DNA of 64,000 nt from Candidatus Poseidoniaceae archaeon (GCA_949372655.1 CASIAI010000003.1:138425-202424); one strand, 5' to 3'; counted from the stretch's first letter, positions 1-8,828 are shown. Notes: generated from the sequence alone by a model not told the origin. Translations and numbers: made by a program.

Positions 1-1
1 T

Positions 2-358
2 GCGAATATTTCCGATGGTTCAATGTTCACTGCTGATATGGCAGTTCAAAACTTTGTTGGCGATTCCTTTAGAGGTGCTACATGGATAAGTCTACACAAT
101 GGTGGGGGCGTTGGTTGGGGCGAAGTAATCAATGGGGGCTTTGGCATGCTAATCGATGGTTCTACTCGCTCTGAAAATAATATCCAATCTATGCTTCATT
201 GGGATGTTAATAATGGAGTGGCAAGAAGGGCTTGGGCTCGTAATGATGGAGCAATTGAAGCGATTAAAGATGCAATGGTCAAAGAACCTAACTTAATTGT
301 TACAATCCCACAAAAAGCAAAAGAGGAACTTATTGACTCATTGTTCATAGGGGAGTGA
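2..358 (+). CDS. hutU: urocanate hydratase (urocanase), C-terminal fragment; the 5' end lies upstream of the window
   Basis: The translation SDGSMFTADMAVQNFVGDSFRGATWISLHNGGGVGWGEVINGGFG matches the conserved urocanase C-terminal core. The frame is open to the window edge. Confidence 0.9.
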   Translation, partial: ANISDGSMFTADMAVQNFVGDSFRGATWISLHNGGGVGWGEVINGGFGMLIDGSTRSENNIQSMLHWDVNNGVARRAWARNDGAIEAIKDAMVKEPNLIVTIPQKAKEELIDSLFIGE

Positions 359-359
359 G

Positions 360-1907
360 ATTATTTCAAAAGTTACTCTGGACGGCCATACATTATCCTC
401 TTCTGAGATATGGCGAGTAGCTACAGGTGACGCTGACGTGGAGGTCTCAGAAAGTTCATGGGATCGAATCGTTAAATCGCGTAAGGTAGTCGATAATATA
501 CTGGAAAGCGGTGAAATTGTATATGGAATTAATACCGGCTTTGGAGCACTTGTAAATCAAACTATATCCTCCGAGGATTTACAACAACTACAAGTTAACC
601 TCATTCGTTCTCATGCTACTGGAATTGGCGAATTAATGTCTAAACAATCAGTTAGAGCCATGATGGTAGCGAGGATTAACTCCTTCGCCAAAGGTTACTC
701 TGGAGTACACCCCAATGTAGTCCAGCAGTTACTTGATTTCGTAAACATGGATATTACACCTGCAATACCACGTATTGGTAGTTTAGGTGCAAGTGGAGAT
801 TTGGCGCCCTTGTCACATATGGCATTAGCATTGATTGGTGAAGGAGAAGTATTAGTTGATGATGGAACTGTAAAAGATACAAAAGATATAATTTTAGAAA
901 ATGGATTGATTCCCTTGGAATTAGGTGCTAAGGATGGATTATCTTTAATTAACGGCACTAGTCAAATGTTGAGTTTACTGATTGAATCAGAACAAATTCT
1001 TTCACAATTATTACCATTAGCAGATATAATCATGTGCACTTCATTGGAAGGTTTCAGAGGTAGTGTTACACCTGCAGATGAACGCGTTCATAATGCAAGG
1101 CCACACCCTGGGCAGAAGTTAATTTCATCTAGAATTAGGCAGATAATGTCTAATTCTCAAATATTAGAAAGTCATGCTGATTGTGATAAAGTCCAAGACC
1201 CTTATTCGTTCAGATGCGCACCGCAAGTTCACGGAGCGGTTTATGAAAGTTTAATGCAACTCCGCTCCACATTAGAAATCGAAATTAATAGTACAACAGA
1301 TAACCCACTTGTCTTTTTTGATAGTGCTGATGAAGAACAGAAAATTGTATCACAAGGTAATTTCCATGGAGAGATATTAGGCTTAGTAGCGGATAAAATG
1401 TCTCTATCTATATTCGAATTAGCCTCAATTAGTGAGAGGAGAATGGACCAATTATTAGATACTAAAAAGAGCGGTCTGCCACCTTTTTTGGCAATTAATA
1501 GTGGACTTGAATCTGGTCTAATGATCGTTCAATATGTCGCAGGGTCATCCCTGTCAGAACTCCACGGTCACGCCGCTCCTAGAACTGCCTTCTCTACAAG
1601 TACCTCTGCTGGCCAAGAAGACCATGTTAGTATGGGGGCAACTGCATGCTGGAATTTATTACAAGCTACACATAGATTATCTGAAGTTTTGGCTTGTGAG
1701 TTACTAATATCCTGTCAAGCACTTGAATTTGAACCATCGAAACCCTCTCCTTTCGTACAATCAATCGTTAAACTGGTAAGGGATATTTCACCTAAAATCG
1801 AAGCGGATAGATCTACTAGCAGTGACCTTATCGCAATATCTAGGCATCTAAAAGAAGGTGGTTGGCTTTCTAGAATCGAAGCCGAGAACAGTAGATTGCC
1901 TAATTAG
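360..1907 (+). CDS. hutH: histidine ammonia-lyase
   Basis: It carries the MIO-forming GASGDLAPLSH motif and the YGINTGFG motif. The conserved N-terminus (KVTLDGHTLSSSEIW) is in frame upstream of the track's GTG at 438, but the frame only opens at 351 and has no ATG/GTG/TTG there. The start is therefore uncertain (ATT at 360 or 363?). Confidence 0.9.
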   Translation: MISKVTLDGHTLSSSEIWRVATGDADVEVSESSWDRIVKSRKVVDNILESGEIVYGINTGFGALVNQTISSEDLQQLQVNLIRSHATGIGELMSKQSVRAMMVARINSFAKGYSGVHPNVVQQLLDFVNMDITPAIPRIGSLGASGDLAPLSHMALALIGEGEVLVDDGTVKDTKDIILENGLIPLELGAKDGLSLINGTSQMLSLLIESEQILSQLLPLADIIMCTSLEGFRGSVTPADERVHNARPHPGQKLISSRIRQIMSNSQILESHADCDKVQDPYSFRCAPQVHGAVYESLMQLRSTLEIEINSTTDNPLVFFDSADEEQKIVSQGNFHGEILGLVADKMSLSIFELASISERRMDQLLDTKKSGLPPFLAINSGLESGLMIVQYVAGSSLSELHGHAAPRTAFSTSTSAGQEDHVSMGATACWNLLQATHRLSEVLACELLISCQALEFEPSKPSPFVQSIVKLVRDISPKIEADRSTSSDLIAISRHLKEGGWLSRIEAENSRLPN

Positions 1908-2775
1908 AATAATATTTCTTTTCTAATTCCTCAATACCAGTTAATTGTTTGATTCTAAATAATGCCGTCGAAAGTTCACTAGCATCAATCTGATTGGTAT
2001 TTTGATATAAATAATTTTCAAGTTGCACTACGCGCCTTACTTTTTCTTCGATCAATGTATACAACTCGTATGATTCATTCGAATCATAGTTTAGAGCGGG
2101 TTCAAGTTCAGATACATCAAGTCCCATTCGTCTCCATTGTAATATCCTCTTTACCAGTAATGCCTGAGTAAAGCCTATTTGAGGAAGTCTAGAGAGGATG
2201 CTAAGCCTTGGAGACCCATCTACGCCCAAATCAAATTCCATATTCTCACTGGGCATTTCCATCGAAACTATTGGTTCATCCAATTCCTCATATTCGTCAA
2301 ATTCTACAACATTACTATCTAATGGCATATGACGAACGACCTTACGCATTCTTGAAATCCACACGCTATCAAGACTTAATTGATCGATTGGTAGTACAAG
2401 TTTTACTTTTGAACCATAAAGAGAGTCGGAAATATCATTGATAAAGTTTAGAATTTTATCTTTGCCATGTGAATCTATCAACCATTCGAAACCATCTAAA
2501 ATTACTAATTGATCTGTCTCCGAATCGAATGAGTTAATTTCACGGCTAATTAATTCAAGGTTTGGGGGTATGGAATGTTGGGTATTCCGCTCACTAAGCC
2601 AAAATAAATGAATTTTAGAAATATCAATATGCTCTAATAATCTTCTAGGCGGTACTCTTGAGATTAATTTAATACTATAGTACCCCTTTTCAAGTAGTTT
2701 ATCTGTAAATGCGAGCAAATTATCTTGAGTCGTAAAGTCGATAGAAAATATGTTCCCTCCTTCAAATTTCATCAT
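1900..2775 (-). CDS. DUF835-like domain protein (archaeal, function unknown) with a C-terminal helical extension
   Basis: The pattern ISRVPPRRL...WLSE...LVILDGFEWLI...ILNFINDISD...KLVLPIDQLSLD resembles the DUF835 family as I recall it. The gene overlaps the hutH 3' end convergently by 8 nt. Confidence 0.55.
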   Translation of the reverse strand: MMKFEGGNIFSIDFTTQDNLLAFTDKLLEKGYYSIKLISRVPPRRLLEHIDISKIHLFWLSERNTQHSIPPNLELISREINSFDSETDQLVILDGFEWLIDSHGKDKILNFINDISDSLYGSKVKLVLPIDQLSLDSVWISRMRKVVRHMPLDSNVVEFDEYEELDEPIVSMEMPSENMEFDLGVDGSPRLSILSRLPQIGFTQALLVKRILQWRRMGLDVSELEPALNYDSNESYELYTLIEEKVRRVVQLENYLYQNTNQIDASELSTALFRIKQLTGIEELEKKYYSN

Positions 2776-2869
2776 CGCACCTATTTACCCCAAACCCTTC
2801 TTATATTTACATTTCAACAATAAAATCCTATGAATCATTATATTCATTGATGGTTTGCCTTAAACAGGT

Positions 2870-5062
2870 GTGAAGATGTCCGACGACGATTCCGATAAAA
2901 TTCCGATGGCCGAATGTGGTTCTTGTAGAGCCGTAATTCCACTAAATTCCAAAGACTGCCCTGAGTGTGGGATACAGTTTTCCGGAGTATCTGATGATTC
3001 TTTGGGTGAATGTGGCGCATGTAAGGCTCTAGTTCCGTTAGATTCGAAGAGTTGTCCTAAATGTGGAGTCTATTTCGTTGCTGATGATGTTGTTGATGTT
3101 TTGAGGAAATGGTTTACAGAAACCGGGATCGAAGTAAAGGCACTATTCAATAAAATGGACGTAGATGGAGATGGCTCCATTGATTCACATGAACTTAAAG
3201 ATGGATTATTGAAATTGAATTTAGCTGATTTGCCCCCTTCTCAAATTGATAGACTAGTCGCAGAGTTTGACTCTGATGATGATGGGAAAATTAGTTTACA
3301 AGAATTGGTATTTACTATTACTGGAAAAGAAATGGTATCAGGCGATGACTCATCGGATGCAGATACAGAAGATACCGCATCGGGTCAAAAAGAATTCTCA
3401 GAAAGCGTATTAGTTCGTATGATGGATAAATTTTCAATCACAGAACGTGATGCATTCTTACTACACGCACAGGATTACGATTCCAATGATAATGGATATC
3501 TTACTGAGGGTGAACTTAAGGCTGCAGCTGAGGCATTTGAAGGTAATTCTCAGAAGGAAGTAACTACAGAGTCAAAAGAAGAGTATGATGAAGTTGTAGA
3601 AAGTGAAGATACTGGGATCATTGTTGAAGAAACATCAGATGAAGAAACCGAAGAATTGGTTGAAGAATCAAGTGATGAGGAAGTTGTTGAAGATTCTGAA
3701 GAATTAGAGACTACACAGGAACATTCGGCCATGTACAAATTAGGTTTAGCTGCATCTGAAAGAGGAATGTCAATACGTGAAGTTTTCGAATCAATGGATT
3801 CTGATGATGACGGTATGGTTGACGGACCTGAATTACAGAAAGGAATCGAAGGTTTATCTGGAGAACAACTATCTCCAGCTGAAGTTCATGAAATACTAAA
3901 GACACTTGATGCAGATACAGATGGCAGGGTTAATCCTTTAGAACTAGTCAAGGCTTTAGAAGAATTAGACATAGATTTAGTCTCAGATAAACCAGCAGTT
4001 CGAAGAGATCCAGTGGCGATATTAATCGATGCTATGGATGAAGCAGGAAGTAATCCTGGCAGAGTTTTCAAAGATTTAGATAAGAATGGTGATGGCAATA
4101 TCAACATTAAAGAGTTGCGCGCAGAAGTTGAAAATTTCATTGGTAATAATTTGACTGATGAGGAAATTGATGATTTATTCGATAGACTGGATGATGACGG
4201 CGATGGATCTATTGACATGTACGAATTTATTGAAAACCTTGAAGAATATGAGGAAGAAGAAGATAAAGAAACTAGTTTGTCGAACAAAGTCGAATTCCCT
4301 AGTAAGATGCAAGCGCGAATGATGTCAAAGAAATGGAATGATATATTCTGGCCATTGATACACGCTGGTCTATTTATATTCGTCGTCATGTGGATTGTAA
4401 ATGGCTCTTTAGCACCGTTTGTTAGTGGTGAAGAAGGAAGTATAGCCTTAGATACCGAATCAGGTATCTATAACGATGACGGAATGACATATTTGCAAGA
4501 TGATATATATCCTTGTGTAGATTCAGTACAAACTGATGGTTGTAGGAATTCACTAACTCCATTTGCGGGTGAAGATGGTTCAACCTCGATGCCAGCCGGA
4601 TTCTACTGGGATGGAATAATGTTCATTGTTTTGGGCAGTATTGGATTTATTGGTTCGCTACTAACTCAGTTCTACATAGTCCCTGGTTGGAGAGCAAGGG
4701 CAAGAGCAATCAAAGACTCTCAGAAAGACCGCAAAGAAGTTGATGAAGAAAAAGATGAAGACTCAAATGAAGAGCATGAAGAAGAGGAATTGGAAGAGGA
4801 AACCGAGCACATTGCAGATGAATCAGAGGAAGTTGTTGATGATGTGGAAGAAGAACCCGAAGATGAATCTGGAGATGACAATGAAGATGCTGATGACGAT
4901 GAAATAGATGTTGGCTCACATATTGGGATAGTTCTAGATGATGAAGAGGTTTACGGAGTCATTGTAGAGTTTGATGATGATGAGGGTCTAGTCACTATTG
5001 AAGAAGATGGTACTGGTGACTTAGTCACTGGATACCAAGATGATATGTTCTTAGAAGATTGA
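2870..5062 (+). CDS. membrane protein with an N-terminal double zinc ribbon, seven EF-hand Ca-binding loops, two TM helices and poly-acidic tails
   Basis: Zinc ribbons: CGSCRAVIPLNSKDCPECG and CGACKALVPLDSKSCPKCG. EF loops: DVDGDGSIDSHEL, DSDDDGKISLQEL, DSNDNGYLTEGEL, DSDDDGMVDGPEL, DADTDGRVNPLEL, DKNGDGNINIKEL, DDDGDGSIDMYEF. Hydrophobic segments: IFWPLIHAGLFIFVVMWIV and IMFIVLGSIGFIGSLLTQFYIV. Confidence 0.75.
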   Translation: MKMSDDDSDKIPMAECGSCRAVIPLNSKDCPECGIQFSGVSDDSLGECGACKALVPLDSKSCPKCGVYFVADDVVDVLRKWFTETGIEVKALFNKMDVDGDGSIDSHELKDGLLKLNLADLPPSQIDRLVAEFDSDDDGKISLQELVFTITGKEMVSGDDSSDADTEDTASGQKEFSESVLVRMMDKFSITERDAFLLHAQDYDSNDNGYLTEGELKAAAEAFEGNSQKEVTTESKEEYDEVVESEDTGIIVEETSDEETEELVEESSDEEVVEDSEELETTQEHSAMYKLGLAASERGMSIREVFESMDSDDDGMVDGPELQKGIEGLSGEQLSPAEVHEILKTLDADTDGRVNPLELVKALEELDIDLVSDKPAVRRDPVAILIDAMDEAGSNPGRVFKDLDKNGDGNINIKELRAEVENFIGNNLTDEEIDDLFDRLDDDGDGSIDMYEFIENLEEYEEEEDKETSLSNKVEFPSKMQARMMSKKWNDIFWPLIHAGLFIFVVMWIVNGSLAPFVSGEEGSIALDTESGIYNDDGMTYLQDDIYPCVDSVQTDGCRNSLTPFAGEDGSTSMPAGFYWDGIMFIVLGSIGFIGSLLTQFYIVPGWRARARAIKDSQKDRKEVDEEKDEDSNEEHEEEELEEETEHIADESEEVVDDVEEEPEDESGDDNEDADDDEIDVGSHIGIVLDDEEVYGVIVEFDDDEGLVTIEEDGTGDLVTGYQDDMFLED

Positions 5063-5063
5063 A

Positions 5064-5417
5064 ATGACTGAAGACAAGTTAGAACGATTCAATCATTTAT
5101 CTGTCTGTCCCAACTGTGGTTGTATCGACCAAAAAGGTGCTTACAGGTGCCTTGGATGCGGAACATTCCATTCCGGAGCGCACTTAGTAGAGCGTGAAGC
5201 ACCACCGCAATTAGTCGAAGTTGAATCGGTATTAGCTGAACCAAGCGCCTATTCATTGGGTCCTAAAGGTCAGATAATGGAAGAGACATTCGAACAAAGT
5301 GAAAGTGTACGTCAATGGTCAGGAGGTTCGACAGATTTCACTGTAGAAGATGAATCAGAACTAACTGAAGTATCAAAAGATAATAAAATTTCCATTCCCA
5401 AATCTGAGGAATTATGA
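5064..5417 (+). CDS. small zinc-ribbon protein, function unknown
   Basis: It carries CPNCGC...YRCLGCG (CxxC-x12-CxxC). It starts 1 nt after the stop of the EF-hand gene. Confidence 0.5.
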   Translation: MTEDKLERFNHLSVCPNCGCIDQKGAYRCLGCGTFHSGAHLVEREAPPQLVEVESVLAEPSAYSLGPKGQIMEETFEQSESVRQWSGGSTDFTVEDESELTEVSKDNKISIPKSEEL

Positions 5418-5487
5418 TTTATCACTTATTGCCTTATGAACGGAGATAAAAACTACCAACTAATGAAAGCGCCAAAAGTGATTATCA

Positions 5488-5563
5488 TGGTGGGCTCGGA
5501 GAGAATTGAACTCTCGATCTTCGCCATGTCAAGGCGACGTCATAACCCCTAGACCACGAGCCC
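5488..5563 (-). tRNA. tRNA-Val (anticodon GAC), genomically encoded CCA, no intron
   Basis: The reverse complement GGGCTCGTGGTCTAGGGGTTATGACGTCGCCTTGACATGGCGAAGATCGAGAGTTCAATTCTCTCCGAGCCCACCA folds as a cloverleaf: 7-bp acceptor, anticodon stem TCGCC/GGCGA with loop TTGACAT, T-arm GAGAG-TTCAATT-CTCTC. Confidence 0.9.
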
Positions 5564-5588
5564 TAGGAATCCGTCCTAAACGAGGGTG

Positions 5589-5595
5589 TATTAAA
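5589..5595 (-). promoter_or_regulatory. putative archaeal TATA box for tRNA-Val
   Basis: TTTAATA on the minus strand lies 26-32 nt upstream of the tRNA 5' end, the spacing expected for an archaeal TATA element. Confidence 0.35.
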
Positions 5596-5611
5596 TCACA
5601 TCGGTGACTAA

Positions 5612-5767
5612 TTAACTAACTATCTTTGATATTTTACCAGTACATTCAATTTGAGAACAAAACCCACCCATTCTGACTCTTCCGTTTTTCATTTTGACCA
5701 ACTTACCATCTTTAATGGGGCCGTATGTTTTGCATTTCAAACAGTATCCGGATATTTGTTCTGACAT
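5612..5767 (-). CDS. 51-aa zinc-ribbon protein (DUF5679-like), not in the ORF track
   Basis: Hand translation: MSEQISGYCLKCKTYGPIKDGKLVKMKNGRVRMGGFCSQIECTGKISKIVS. The CxxC...KNGR...C-x4-C layout resembles the small DUF5679 family as I recall it. Confidence 0.5.
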   Translation of the reverse strand: MSEQISGYCLKCKTYGPIKDGKLVKMKNGRVRMGGFCSQIECTGKISKIVS

Positions 5768-5986
5768 CAGTATCATTTCACCTGACAAGGCAATTTAATT
5801 TGAAACCTTCCTATACTCTAATCCTGAAACTGTAGAAAAGTACAACAATTCCCCTAATAGGGGGTACTTTATGTGGAGAAAATGAGTTTTTTGCCTGTAC
5901 GTAAATGACCTACAACTACCTTAATGATGTACTGAAGCATATTTTTACTCTTGTAAAGCATCCATTACATATCTAAATTAAAACCA

Positions 5987-6014
5987 ATGTCGCATAATGT
6001 ATGTTATACGACAT
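5987..6014 (-). terminator. hairpin followed by a T-rich tract, downstream of the ABM-like gene
   Basis: ATGTCGCATAA-TGTATG-TTATACGACAT forms an 11-bp stem with one mismatch. On the minus strand it is followed by TGGTTTTAATTT and lies 28 nt past the stop at 6042. Confidence 0.3.
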
Positions 6015-6041
6015 AACGGGCTACTGTATTTTTACCATAAT

Positions 6042-6368
6042 TCAAGACTTGGTCACGTTTTCCTTTTTGACATCAAAAATACCAACTAATGGGGGGCCAA
6101 TTAAGCATGATTCTACGCCACCATCATTAGAATCGAGTTTTTCTCTTGATAATTCTGAAATAGTTTTCATCGACTCTTTGTCTTTGAAAATAGTCTGGAA
6201 CAGAAATAAATATTCATCATCACTAGATTTAGCATACCATGATCTAATACAATTTTTTTGTCGATTTCTAAATTCTACTCGAGATGATAGAATTCTTTCT
6301 AGGCGCGCCTCTGTACCTGGTTTAGCTGAACACACAACGGTCTCTAAAATTTCTACCATGATTTCCAC
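6042..6368 (-). CDS. ABM (antibiotic-biosynthesis-monooxygenase/Dabb) fold protein
   Basis: 108 aa. The pattern MVEILETVVCSAKPGTEARLE...CIRSWYAKSSDDEYLFLFQTIFKDKESM fits the ferredoxin-like ABM domain. It is co-oriented directly downstream of hutI. The overlapping plus-strand ORF 6001..6435 looks like a shadow ORF. Confidence 0.55.
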   Translation of the reverse strand: MEIMVEILETVVCSAKPGTEARLERILSSRVEFRNRQKNCIRSWYAKSSDDEYLFLFQTIFKDKESMKTISELSREKLDSNDGGVESCLIGPPLVGIFDVKKENVTKS

Positions 6369-6428
6369 ACATCTCTATTTTAAAAGTGACTTATATTATT
6401 CGTTTTTAGTAAAGTTATTATCAATTAA

Positions 6429-7754
6429 TCAGTGAGATATATATTTGCCTTCAATCATTGTTCCTTTGAATGGTGAATGAGAGGGTCGCGTACACCATGA
6501 CTCCCAGTTTTTCGAATCAAGTATATTCAAATTAGCAATTGCCCCTACTTCGATACGTCCATGTTGTAGCCCACTTGGGTGTGGAGTTGTTTCAGCAGGA
6601 TTTCTGGTAGAACAAACTAAAGTTGCAAGTGGGTCTACACTACATCTACTGACTAGTAGTGATGAAAGAAATGGGATACTTAATATCTGATTATTCGGGT
6701 TGAAATCAGAAGCTATCGACCATACTAAATCCTCAACTATCATTTTATTGAAGTCCGGCCAATCTTCACCCATTGAATATGGAGTCCCAGGTAAGAAACC
6801 AGTATTCACTCCAGCTTCATTCATCATAACCCTAGCATCATCATTTGTATAATGAGCATGATCTGCACTATCAACCTTCATTTCAGCCGCTAATTCGCCT
6901 CCACCACCATCGGTGAATTCATCGATATGTAGTCTCAAATTCAATCCAGCATTGCGAGACTCTCTTAGTATATCTTCTGACTCTTCGACTGTGAACCACC
7001 CAGGTTCACAAAATACATCGGTTGAACGGGCGATTCCCTGGTCACATATTCCTGGTAACTGATCGGATATTAGGGATTCAAAATAATCTTTGTGAGTTGA
7101 ACCATTTGGTATCGCGTGAGCTCCTAACCATGTGTGGTCAATCGATGGTAAATCTACACAATGTGAAAGTTTCTTGGAAACTTCAAGCAATCGGAGTTCT
7201 GTTTCTAAGTCCAATCCATAACCTGATTTAGATTCAATATGCGTGGTTCCAGATTTAAATGCTATTTTTAGTCGCTCTATGCCTAAATCAAATAATTCCG
7301 AATTTGAAGATGTTCTTGTAGCATTTACAGTAGATACTATACCTCCACCTCTTGAAGCGATTTCAGAATAGCTCATGCCATTTAATTTCCATCTGACTTC
7401 TCTCGAACGATCGCCAGCCCATATTAAATGTGAATGAGAGTCGACAATCCCGGGAATTACAGAACGACCTTCGAGAGATACTACTGCACTATTACCCATA
7501 TTAGCCTTAGATAATTCATCCAATGAATGATTAGGGCTTCCGTATTCATCAATCAGTTCCTCTGAATTACGAATTTCTACTATCTGGTTGCCTTCAATAA
7601 CTATTCCCTTTTCTAAAGCAATTAATGAGCCTTCATCGATTAGATTTAACCCAGATAAAGCTCCTTCGCCAGACAGGTGAACCAGCGGACCAATATCTAC
7701 CAGAACTGTCCGCATATTATGGGCTAAATGCTGAGGGTTCAATAATAATGTCAT
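6429..7754 (-). CDS. hutI: imidazolonepropionase
   Basis: Amidohydrolase motifs IVDSHSHLIWAGDR, GGGIVSTV and HIDEF are present. I prefer the start at MTLLLN (7754) because the longer 7811 start would overlap kae1. Confidence 0.9.
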   Translation of the reverse strand: MTLLLNPQHLAHNMRTVLVDIGPLVHLSGEGALSGLNLIDEGSLIALEKGIVIEGNQIVEIRNSEELIDEYGSPNHSLDELSKANMGNSAVVSLEGRSVIPGIVDSHSHLIWAGDRSREVRWKLNGMSYSEIASRGGGIVSTVNATRTSSNSELFDLGIERLKIAFKSGTTHIESKSGYGLDLETELRLLEVSKKLSHCVDLPSIDHTWLGAHAIPNGSTHKDYFESLISDQLPGICDQGIARSTDVFCEPGWFTVEESEDILRESRNAGLNLRLHIDEFTDGGGGELAAEMKVDSADHAHYTNDDARVMMNEAGVNTGFLPGTPYSMGEDWPDFNKMIVEDLVWSIASDFNPNNQILSIPFLSSLLVSRCSVDPLATLVCSTRNPAETTPHPSGLQHGRIEVGAIANLNILDSKNWESWCTRPSHSPFKGTMIEGKYISH

Positions 7755-7766
7755 ATTAGGAATGTT

Positions 7767-8783
7767 ATGGCCGGGGATGGTTGGACGTTGGGAATCGAGT
7801 CTACGGCTCACACTTTGTCATTCGGCCTTGTAGATGCAAATGGCATTCCACATCCATCGGTTTCGGACACTGTGCGCCCAGACAAGGGTGGAATACATCC
7901 ACGTGAGGCAGCAGATCATCACAAGGAATTCGCTCCTGAATTATTTAGAAAACTTCTTTCAACCAATAATTTACAACCTAATGACATTACAAGTGTCGCT
8001 TTTTCACAAGGTCCGGGTTTAGGGCCTTGTCTTAGAATCGGTGCATCTATTGCAAGAGGTATTTCAAAACGTTTGGAAGCTCCATTAATCGGAGTTAATC
8101 ATTGTGTAGCACATATTGAAATTGGACGGCAACAATGTGGCTGCGCTGACCCTGTATTGCTATATGTTTCTGGCGGTAATACTCAGGTTATTGCTCGATT
8201 GGAAGGACGCTACAGAGTTCTTGGTGAGACACTTGATATCGGTATAGGTAACATGTTGGATAAATTTGCAAGGGCACAAGGCTTCCCATTCCCTGGAGGG
8301 CCGGTTGTTGAACGATTAGCTAGTGAATGGCTTTTAGATAACCCTGACCCGTCTATGGATGGACTTGAACTACCTTATGCTGTTCGAGGTATGGATTTAG
8401 CATTTTCAGGGATATTGACCGCTTCCTTGAAATTAGTAGAAAATGGACAACCATTAGGTGCAGTATGCTGGTCGCTTCAAGAGCATGTATTTTCTGCATG
8501 TGTCGAAGTTGCTGAAAGAGCACTCTCACATACTGGAAAAAAGGAACTTCTTCTTGGTGGTGGGGTTGCTTGTAATAGCCGACTGCGTGACATGTGTGAT
8601 ATTATGGCTTCTGAAAGAGATTCCCAATCATTTGCACCACCGAGAATGTACTGTATAGATAATGGGACAATGATAGCAAGACTTGGATGGCTGGAACAGG
8701 CAGAAGGTAGAATAACGTTATTCGAAAAGAGTGCAATAGACCAATATCTAAGGACTGACCAAACACCAATCACATGGGCATAA
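7767..8783 (+). CDS. kae1: tRNA N6-adenosine threonylcarbamoyltransferase Kae1 (not fused to Bud32)
   Basis: It has the N-terminus LGIESTAHTLSFGLV, the metal site GVNHCVAHIE, and LLYVSGGNTQ and GGGVACNSRLR. Confidence 0.9.
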   Translation: MAGDGWTLGIESTAHTLSFGLVDANGIPHPSVSDTVRPDKGGIHPREAADHHKEFAPELFRKLLSTNNLQPNDITSVAFSQGPGLGPCLRIGASIARGISKRLEAPLIGVNHCVAHIEIGRQQCGCADPVLLYVSGGNTQVIARLEGRYRVLGETLDIGIGNMLDKFARAQGFPFPGGPVVERLASEWLLDNPDPSMDGLELPYAVRGMDLAFSGILTASLKLVENGQPLGAVCWSLQEHVFSACVEVAERALSHTGKKELLLGGGVACNSRLRDMCDIMASERDSQSFAPPRMYCIDNGTMIARLGWLEQAEGRITLFEKSAIDQYLRTDQTPITWA

Positions 8784-8828
8784 GGCAACTTTTGAAGCCA
8801 ATTGTTTTAAGAGGTCGTCATAGGGCTA

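Noticed and set aside
3550-4919. Antisense ORFs 3550-3738, 3711-3905, 3886-4389 and 4710-4919 lie inside the EF-hand gene.
   Set aside because: They are Ser/Leu/His-rich low-complexity translations of the reverse strand of GAx-rich acidic coding sequence. These are typical shadow ORFs, and the sense strand carries clear EF-hand and zinc-ribbon motifs.
5924-5935. A box C/D-like string AATGATGTACTGA lies in the intergenic region.
   Set aside because: The C-like and D-like boxes are adjacent with no room for a guide. There is no second C'/D' pair and no terminal stem, so it is probably chance.
1900-6368. I considered a possible genomic island inserted at tRNA-Val that splits hutUH from hutI (DUF835, EF-hand, zinc ribbons, ABM).
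   Set aside because: There is no integrase, transposase or recombinase. I could find no direct repeat of the tRNA 3' end, and there is no obvious compositional shift by eye. The hut genes may simply be dispersed.
6001-6435. A 144-aa plus-strand ORF overlaps the ABM-like gene.
   Set aside because: Its translation is low-complexity and Ser/Leu-rich with no recognisable fold pattern. The minus-strand 108-aa product fits an ABM domain and is co-oriented with hutI.
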